NCBI GenBank assembly: GCA_964509075.1
Contig: CAZDWC010000004.1
Span: 30,940-94,939, forward strand
Source: an uncultured Pseudomonadales bacterium
Lineage (GTDB): Bacteria; Pseudomonadota; Gammaproteobacteria; Pseudomonadales; UBA7239
DNA: 64,000 nucleotides
Direction: 5' to 3'
This document shows positions 57,498 through 64,000 of the stretch, in pieces. Position 1 is the stretch's first letter; each line of letters begins with the position of its first letter. Both the position numbers and the translations under genes were made by a program. The notes beneath the pieces are model-generated. The model saw nothing but the letters and a program-made list of their open reading frames with translations. It did no database searches and was not told where the DNA came from.

Positions 57498-58700
57498 ATG
57501 GCGCAAGCATTTATTTTTGACGCTATCCGCACGCCGCGCGGCAGAGGCAAGGCCGGTGGCGGGCTTTACGAAGTGAAGCCCGTCGATATGGTCAAGAACC
57601 TGCTCGACGCCATGCAGACTCGCAACAAGCTCGATCCCGCTGCCGTGGAAGACATGATCCTCGCCACCGGTGAGCCGGTAAACGAGCAGGGCCAGAACAT
57701 CGCCAAGACCGCGCTGGTGTATGCCGGCTGGGACAATGTCACCACGGGTGCACAGCTGCACCGCTACTGTGCTGGCGGTCTGGATGCTTGCAACAATGCC
57801 GCTGCCAAGGTGCGCGCCGGCTTTGAAGACCTGGTACTGGCCGGCGGCGTGGAATCCATGTCGCGTCTCGGCATCGGCGCTTCCGGTGCTGCAGCTGGCG
57901 ATCCGTGGGTGGCCATGCACAGCTACGGCGTGTCGCAAGGCATTGGCGCCGACCTGGTGGCCACGCAGGACGGCTTCACCCGTGCAGATATCGACAAGTA
58001 CGCACTGATGTCACAACAGCGCGCCAGCAAGGCATGGGAAAAAGGCTACTTCAAGAAATCCATCGTGCCGGTGAAAGACATCAACGGCGTCACCATCCTT
58101 GCGCACGACGAACTGGTGCGCAAAGACACCACGCTGGAAGGTCTCGCCAAACTGAAACCCTCGTTCCAGATGTTCGGCGATTTCGGCCACACCGATTTCC
58201 TGAAATTCAAATACCCCGATATCCAGGGTATTGATCACGTACACACCGCCGGCAACTCCTCCGGTGTGGTCGATGGCGCGTCACTGGTCTTGATCGGCAA
58301 CGAGAAAGCCGCCAAGGCACACAACCTGAAGCCGCGCGCGCGCATCGTCGCCTGTGCACTGACCGGCACCGAGCCTTCGATCATGTTGACGGGCCCTGCG
58401 CCCGCAACCTTGAAAGCCTTGAAGCAGGCAAAACTGAAAGTGTCCGACATCGATTTGTTCGAACTGAACGAAGCGTTTGCATCCGTGGTGTTGCGCTTCC
58501 AGAAAGTGCTGGGCATTCCCGACAGCAAGATCAATGTCAACGGCGGCGCGATTGCCATGGGTCACCCGATCGGTGCCACCGGCGGCATGATTCTCGGTGC
58601 GCTGGTCGACGAACTGGAGCGCCGCAAACTGAAGCGCGGCGTGGCAACACTGTGCGCAGGTGGTGGTATCGGTATCGCCACTGTTGTTGAACTGGTTTGA
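57498..58700 (+). CDS. fadA: Acetyl-CoA C-acyltransferase (3-ketoacyl-CoA thiolase)
   Basis: 400 aa. NVNGGAIAMGHPIGATG and LCAGGGIG. Confidence 0.92.
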   Translation: MAQAFIFDAIRTPRGRGKAGGGLYEVKPVDMVKNLLDAMQTRNKLDPAAVEDMILATGEPVNEQGQNIAKTALVYAGWDNVTTGAQLHRYCAGGLDACNNAAAKVRAGFEDLVLAGGVESMSRLGIGASGAAAGDPWVAMHSYGVSQGIGADLVATQDGFTRADIDKYALMSQQRASKAWEKGYFKKSIVPVKDINGVTILAHDELVRKDTTLEGLAKLKPSFQMFGDFGHTDFLKFKYPDIQGIDHVHTAGNSSGVVDGASLVLIGNEKAAKAHNLKPRARIVACALTGTEPSIMLTGPAPATLKALKQAKLKVSDIDLFELNEAFASVVLRFQKVLGIPDSKINVNGGAIAMGHPIGATGGMILGALVDELERRKLKRGVATLCAGGGIGIATVVELV

Positions 58701-58711
58701 GGTTGAGAGAC

Positions 58712-60874
58712 ATGAGTTACATCAAACTGAAAAAAGACGCTGACGGCATTGTTGAACTGATTTTTGATCAGCCGGGCGAAAAAGTGAACAAGATGGGCGA
58801 TGAATACATCACCGCCATGAGCAAAGCCGTTGACGATCTGGTCAAGATGAAAGACAAGATCAAGGGCGTGTATGTGCGTTCAGGCAAGGATACTTTCTTC
58901 GGCGGCGGCGATTTGAACGCACTGCTGGAAATGCCGACCAAAATGGACGAGAAAGAAGCCACGCAAAAATTTGAAGGCATTCTCAACGCCAAAAAACCAC
59001 TGCGCATTCTCGAAACACTGGGCGTGCCCGTGGTGGTCGGCATCAACGGTGCCGCACTCGGCGGTGGTTATGAAATCGCACTGGCCTGTCACCACCGCAT
59101 CGCCATTGATCGCGCTGATGTGAAAATGGGCTTGCCAGAGGCGCAACTCGGTTTGATGCCGGGAGCCGGCGGCGTGGTGCGCATGGTGCGCAAGCACGGT
59201 TGCCAGAACGCCATCCAGTTCATCAGCCAAGGCTCACAGTTTGCAGGCAGTAAAGCCCTGGAAAAAGGTTTTGTCGATGAACTCGCCAGCGACGAGAAAG
59301 ACATGCACGCCAAGGCGAAAGCGTGGATTCTCGCCAACCCGGCAGCGAAACAACCGTGGGATCAACCGGGCTTCAAGATTCCCGGCGGTTCACCGGCAGA
59401 CAAGGATCCGGATCAAGGCCTGGTTGGTCTGTTCTACTTTGGCCCTGTAAATGTGATGAATTCCACCAAGGGCAACTTCCCGGCACCGAAAGCGATTTTC
59501 GCTTGCGTGCATGATGTGGCTCGTGTGGACTTCGACACCGCAGAAAAAATCGAAGCACGTTACTTCCTGCATCTGATGACCTCGCAAGTGGCGAAAAACA
59601 TGATTCGCACCTTCTTCTTCCAGCTGCAGGCACTGGAAAAAGGCGCGAGCCGTCCGCAAGGCGTGAAGCCGACTGCCGTGAAAAAACTCGGCATTCTCGG
59701 CGCCGGTCAGATGGGCGCGGGTCTGGCGTATCTCGCCGCACAGAAAGGCATTGAAGTGGTGTTGAAAGACGTCAACATGGAAAATGCCGAGAAGGGCAAA
59801 AGCTACAGCGAGAAAGTCGGTGGCAAGGACAAGAAGATGACGCCGGAAAAACTGGCGAAAATCCTGTCGTTAATCAAACCAACCGACAAAGTTGAAGACC
59901 TCAAAGGCTGCGACTTCGTCATCGAAGCTGTGTTTGAAAATCGCGCAGTAAAAGCAGCGGTAACCAAAGAAGCCGAAGCGGTATTGGGCAAGGATGCGAT
60001 TTTTGCATCCAACACTTCAGCACTGCCGATTACCGAACTCGCCGAAGCTTCTGCGCGCCCGGCCAATTTCATCGGCATGCATTTCTTCTCGCCGGCAGAA
60101 AAAATGCCGTTGGTGGAAATTATTTGCGGCAAGAAAACTTCCAAAGAGGCATTGGCGAAAGCGTTTGACCTCGGCATCCTGCTCGGCAAGAAACCGATCG
60201 TCGTCAATGACGCACCAGGCTTCTTCACCACCCGCGTCATCGGCGCCACCATCACTGAAGGTGCGCAAATGGTGATTGAAGGTGTGAACCCGGTGTTGAT
60301 CGAAAGCGCAGCGGCATTCAACGGCTCACCGGTTGGCCCGCTGGCAGCGCTGGATGAAATCAGCCTGGAAACCGCCTACAAGAACGGCAAGCAGGCGCAG
60401 GACGATGAGAAGGCACTCGGCCGCAAGCCGGTCAATAACGCCACTTTCGATCTCGTGGAAAAAATGGTCACCAAACTGGATCGCAAAGGCAAGATCTACG
60501 GCGGCGGTTTCTATGACTATCCGGAAGGCGGCAAGAAAATCATCTGGCCGGGCCTGAAAGCGCAGTACGCGAAAAAAGGTTACGCCGACGTGCCGTTTGA
60601 AGACATCAAGGATCGCTTGGTGTTTTCACAAGTCATTGAAGCCGTGAAGGCGATGGAAGAAGGCGTGATCACCTCCGTGGCTGACGGCAACATCGGCTCC
60701 ATCATGGGCATCGGTTTCCCGCCGCATGTGGGCGGCGTGTACCAGTGCATCAACCACTGGGGCGTGAAAAACTTTGTTGCGCGTGCGAACGAACTGGCCA
60801 AAAAATACGGCAAGCGTTTCGAGCCGCCGAAGTTGTTGAAAGACAAGGCGAAGAAAAACGAGTTGTTTGTTTGA
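58712..60874 (+). CDS. fadB: Multifunctional enoyl-CoA hydratase / 3-hydroxyacyl-CoA dehydrogenase (FadB/FadN-like)
   Basis: Crotonase fold GINGAALGGGYEIALACH and NAD fold ILGAGQMGAGLAY. Start chosen at MSYIKLKK. Confidence 0.92.
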   Translation: MSYIKLKKDADGIVELIFDQPGEKVNKMGDEYITAMSKAVDDLVKMKDKIKGVYVRSGKDTFFGGGDLNALLEMPTKMDEKEATQKFEGILNAKKPLRILETLGVPVVVGINGAALGGGYEIALACHHRIAIDRADVKMGLPEAQLGLMPGAGGVVRMVRKHGCQNAIQFISQGSQFAGSKALEKGFVDELASDEKDMHAKAKAWILANPAAKQPWDQPGFKIPGGSPADKDPDQGLVGLFYFGPVNVMNSTKGNFPAPKAIFACVHDVARVDFDTAEKIEARYFLHLMTSQVAKNMIRTFFFQLQALEKGASRPQGVKPTAVKKLGILGAGQMGAGLAYLAAQKGIEVVLKDVNMENAEKGKSYSEKVGGKDKKMTPEKLAKILSLIKPTDKVEDLKGCDFVIEAVFENRAVKAAVTKEAEAVLGKDAIFASNTSALPITELAEASARPANFIGMHFFSPAEKMPLVEIICGKKTSKEALAKAFDLGILLGKKPIVVNDAPGFFTTRVIGATITEGAQMVIEGVNPVLIESAAAFNGSPVGPLAALDEISLETAYKNGKQAQDDEKALGRKPVNNATFDLVEKMVTKLDRKGKIYGGGFYDYPEGGKKIIWPGLKAQYAKKGYADVPFEDIKDRLVFSQVIEAVKAMEEGVITSVADGNIGSIMGIGFPPHVGGVYQCINHWGVKNFVARANELAKKYGKRFEPPKLLKDKAKKNELFV

Positions 60875-60888
60875 TAGTGCAGTGAAAT

Positions 60889-60918
60889 AAAAAGGGCGAC
60901 GCGAGTCGCCCTTTTTTG
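60889..60918. terminator. Bidirectional intrinsic terminator
   Basis: AAAAA-GGGCGAC-GCGA-GTCGCCC-TTTTTT. Confidence 0.85.
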
Positions 60919-60922
60919 TGGG

Positions 60923-60958
60923 CGTTCCACTGCGCAACTGATATTGCGCAGTGGAACG
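60923..60958. repeat. 15-bp perfect inverted repeat
   Basis: CGTTCCACTGCGCAA-CTGATA-TTGCGCAGTGGAACG. No U-tract follows on either strand. Confidence 0.6.
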
Positions 60959-60964
60959 GACGGA

Positions 60965-61444
60965 TTAGCCGCGCACGATGCCGATGTTTTCCGGTTTGCC
61001 TTCGGTGGCGTGCACATACTCGGCACGCACGCGTGTCGGCTTCACAGTGAAGGTGATGCGCACGTCACCGGGCTGGTCGAACGGATACACATCCTGTTTC
61101 ATGTATTTCTGCGCGATGCTGTTGATGAAGCGGCGATCCGTGTCTTCCTCGATTTCTACCTTGCCGCGAATCTCGAGATAACGCCACGGATTCGCCGGAT
61201 CGACAATGCACAAGGCCACACGCTGATCACCCGCGAGATTCTTGTACTTCTGGCGGGCTTTCAGCGTACTGAAGCGCACGTATTCACCATCCCACACGAA
61301 CGCCACCACGTTGTTGGCCAGTGAGCCGTCGGGCATCACCATCGCCACCTGCGCGTAGTTGTTACCGCGCAAGATGTCGTAGTGACTTTCCGGGATCACG
61401 TTTTTCGCGTCTTTATTTTTTTCAGCATCAACCGGCTTCTGCAT
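60965..61444 (-). CDS. Pyridoxamine 5'-phosphate oxidase (PPOX)-fold family protein
   Basis: 159 aa from MQKPVDAE. The split-barrel-like core is AQVAMVMPDGSLANNVVAFVWDGEYVRFSTLKARQKYKNL. It overlaps the upstream gene's stop by 17 nt. Confidence 0.7.
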   Translation of the reverse strand: MQKPVDAEKNKDAKNVIPESHYDILRGNNYAQVAMVMPDGSLANNVVAFVWDGEYVRFSTLKARQKYKNLAGDQRVALCIVDPANPWRYLEIRGKVEIEEDTDRRFINSIAQKYMKQDVYPFDQPGDVRITFTVKPTRVRAEYVHATEGKPENIGIVRG

Positions 61445-64000
61445 ACTGGACTCCTGTGCCTTGCGGCCTGGACGGGTTGCGGAACTCGGCGAGCAATTGC
61501 GCCTCTTTCGCTTTCGCGCGTTCGATATGCGCATCTTTCACCACATCGTAGCCGCGTATTTCTTCAGGAATTTTCGCAAGCTTGACAGCCGTGGCGTAAT
61601 TGTCGGCATTCAGTGCCGGCAGAATCACGTTGATCAGCAGGTTTTCGTACTGCGTAATCAGTGTGCGCTCCAGTTTACGGTGCGGAAAGTAACCGAAAAT
61701 ATCGAAAGCTGTGCCGCGCAGAAACTTGAGTTTGGCCAACCACTCGAACGCGGTGAACATGCCGGAACCGAACACGGTTTTCTTGTAGCGGCCGGTCAGC
61801 GGATCGCGGCGTGACAACAGCGGCGGCGCCAGATGCACTTCGAGCTCGAAGTCGCCTTCAAACTGCTTCTCCAGATTCTTCCTGAACTCACCGGACGTAT
61901 ACAGACGCGCCACTTCGTATTCGTCTTTGTACGACAACAGTTTCGAATAGTAGGTAGCCACCGCTTTCGCCAGCTCATCGCCACCGAATTTTTGCTGTTC
62001 GGCAGTCGCCACTTTTTCCACCAGCGCCTTGTACTTCGCGGCGAGCTCTGCATTCTGGTAACCGGTGAGATGCTCGACGCGATGCGCGATGATCTCGGCC
62101 AGTGTTTTCGGCTTCACTTCCAGTTCGCCCAGCATTTGCGGACGCGCAGCTTCCAGCACTTTTTCCATGTTGTGCGCCGCCATGCGGCCCCACTGGAAAG
62201 TGCGCTTGTTCATTTCCACCGACACACCGTTCATCTCGATCGCCTTCATGATCGATTCGAGTGACAACGGAATAAAACCTTTCTGCCAGGCATAGCCGAC
62301 CTGGAACAGGTTGGAGGCAATCGCGTCACCAAACAGCGCTGTAGCCAGTTGTGCAGCGGGGATCACGAAGGTGTGCTCCGCACCCGCAGTGTTCTGCAGC
62401 GCCTTTTCCATCGTCGAACTGGAGAGATCCAGGTTCGGGTTAGCTGCAAATTCGCTGGTCGGCGCCACGAAACTGTTTACCACGAGATTGGTGCGGCCCT
62501 GCTGAATTTTCGACACCGCTTCCATGCCGGCGGTGACCACGATGTCACAGCCGAGGATCAGATCTGCGCGCTGGGTGGCAATGCGCACAGAGTGCAAATC
62601 TTCCGGCGTTTTGCCGATGCGGATGTGACTGGTCACCGGGCCGTTTTTCTGTGACAGACCGACAACGTCGAGGCAGGAAACGCCCTTGCCTTCCAGATGC
62701 GACGCCATGCCGAGCAAGGCGCCGATGGTGACAACACCCGTACCGCCGATGCCGGTGACCAATACGTTCACCGGTTGCGACAAATCCGGCAGTGTCGGCT
62801 GCGGCATGCTGGCAAACAATTCTGCTTCCAGATTCGCTGTCGCCGCGCCTTTTTTCATTTTGCGCGGCTGGCCGTGATGCACAGTGACGAAACTCGGACA
62901 CATGCCTTTCGGGCAGGAGAAATCCTTGTTGCACGCCGACTGGTTGATGCGGCGCTTGCGACCGAAATCGGTTTCGATCGGTTCAATGGCGATACAGTTG
63001 GATTGCACCGAGCAATCACCACAACCTTCGCACACCAGTTCGTTGATGAAGATGCGCTTGTCCGGGTCAGGAAACTTGCCGCGCTTGCGCAAGCGGCGTT
63101 TCTCGGTGGCACAAGTCTGGTCGTAAATAATGACGGTGGTGCCTGCCATTTCACGCAATTCACGCTGCACGGCATCCAGTTCGTCGCGATGACGGAATTC
63201 GGTATGCGGCGGGAACTTGCTCTTGTCGTGTTTGGCAAGATCGTCGGACACCAGCACCACTTTTTTCGCGCCTTCCGATGTCACCTGATGCGCCACTTCC
63301 GGCGCGGTGATTTCGCCTTCGAGGTGCGAGCCTTCAATCGGCTGGCCACCCGTCATCGCAATCGCCCCGTTCAACAAAATCTTGAACGTGATATTTACTT
63401 TCGCCGCAACGGTGGCGCGAATCGCCAGCAAGCCGGAATGGAAGTAAGTGCCGTCACCGAGATTCTGGAAAATGTGTTCCATGTTGGTGAACGGTGCCTG
63501 ACCGATCCACGGCGCACCTTCACCGCCCATCTGGAACAGCGCCTTGGTGCGGCGCTCCGGCAACCACACCGCCATACCGTGGCAACCGATACCACCCATG
63601 GCGATAGAACCTTCTGGCACATTGGTAGACGTGTTGTGCGGACAACCGGAACAGAAACTCGGCAGACGCACCAGATTGGTGGCGCTGCTCGCAGCAATCA
63701 CGCCACAGGCATTCGGTTTCAGATAGGTTTCTATCTGTTCATCCTGCACACGTTTCAGCAAACGCGCACCGAGAACTCTTGCCACCGTCGCGGCATCCAG
63801 TTCGCCTTCCGACGGTACCAACGGCGCTCCGGTCTCGTCATTTTTCCCAACCAGCAGCGGGCGTTTTTCTGCCGGCAGGTTGAACAGAATCTTGGCGATC
63901 TGGTCTTCCATGAAGGAACGCTTTTCTTCAATGACCAGCAACTCGTCGCAACCGTCGGCAAATTCGCGCAGGCCTTGCGGCTCCAGCGGCCAGGTCATCG
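61428..64000 (-). CDS. Indolepyruvate:ferredoxin oxidoreductase family protein (fused alpha/beta), N-terminus outside the window
   Basis: 856 aa are visible. TPP region GDGTYFHSG, ferredoxin-like CEGCGDCSVQSNC, and the beta-subunit-like GIGGTGVVTIG. Confidence 0.88.
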   Translation of the reverse strand, partial: MTWPLEPQGLREFADGCDELLVIEEKRSFMEDQIAKILFNLPAEKRPLLVGKNDETGAPLVPSEGELDAATVARVLGARLLKRVQDEQIETYLKPNACGVIAASSATNLVRLPSFCSGCPHNTSTNVPEGSIAMGGIGCHGMAVWLPERRTKALFQMGGEGAPWIGQAPFTNMEHIFQNLGDGTYFHSGLLAIRATVAAKVNITFKILLNGAIAMTGGQPIEGSHLEGEITAPEVAHQVTSEGAKKVVLVSDDLAKHDKSKFPPHTEFRHRDELDAVQRELREMAGTTVIIYDQTCATEKRRLRKRGKFPDPDKRIFINELVCEGCGDCSVQSNCIAIEPIETDFGRKRRINQSACNKDFSCPKGMCPSFVTVHHGQPRKMKKGAATANLEAELFASMPQPTLPDLSQPVNVLVTGIGGTGVVTIGALLGMASHLEGKGVSCLDVVGLSQKNGPVTSHIRIGKTPEDLHSVRIATQRADLILGCDIVVTAGMEAVSKIQQGRTNLVVNSFVAPTSEFAANPNLDLSSSTMEKALQNTAGAEHTFVIPAAQLATALFGDAIASNLFQVGYAWQKGFIPLSLESIMKAIEMNGVSVEMNKRTFQWGRMAAHNMEKVLEAARPQMLGELEVKPKTLAEIIAHRVEHLTGYQNAELAAKYKALVEKVATAEQQKFGGDELAKAVATYYSKLLSYKDEYEVARLYTSGEFRKNLEKQFEGDFELEVHLAPPLLSRRDPLTGRYKKTVFGSGMFTAFEWLAKLKFLRGTAFDIFGYFPHRKLERTLITQYENLLINVILPALNADNYATAVKLAKIPEEIRGYDVVKDAHIERAKAKEAQLLAEFRNPSRPQGTGVQYAEAG

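Overview
This is a 64-kb, moderately GC-rich chromosomal segment whose gene content looks like a gammaproteobacterial core genome. I did not try to name a genus. All calls come from reading the ORF track and the raw sequence for family motifs; no database search was possible.

Housekeeping genes recognised: mfd, hslVU, a SulP permease, ptsP-rppH, lptM-lysA, pstSCAB-phoU plus a divergent DUF47-pit pair, a LysR/pirin/DoxX/quinone-reductase module, phoH-like, ldtD-like/mepK-like, photolyase, a P450, hrpB, argS, a SPOR protein, thiolase/FadB-type beta-oxidation genes, and a fused indolepyruvate:ferredoxin oxidoreductase (cut by the window end). I saw no rRNA, tRNA, CRISPR array, transposase or integrase.

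Many long ORFs in the track are antisense shadow ORFs of real genes. Several real genes start downstream of the longest-ORF start. Two real genes are absent from the track: a partial GT2 gene at 1-447 and the 44-aa lptM.

Most interesting observations:
1. An unannotated small-RNA locus at 15777-16172. It has a complete enhancer-dependent sigma54 promoter (TGTTACC/GGTAACA repeats, IHF match, TGGCAC-N5-TTGC), an A/C-rich AAnAAnAA-laden body and a terminator, so it is a CrcZ-like Hfq/Crc sponge candidate.
2. A lambda O-like (wHTH plus 3x DnaT-type repeats) and lambda P-like gene pair with no other phage genes nearby (28366-30031). It is a candidate domesticated helicase-loader module of the DopC/DopE type.
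3. A DUF559 endonuclease gene bracketed by ~122-bp direct repeats built from GC-rich mini-hairpins. A related copy of that repeat lies elsewhere in the window.
4. A four-gene, overlap-coupled GT-C / WbqC / sulfotransferase / GT2 operon (1-3839), suggesting a sulfated envelope-glycan modification.
5. An EVE-domain gene placed as the last gene of the pst-phoU operon.
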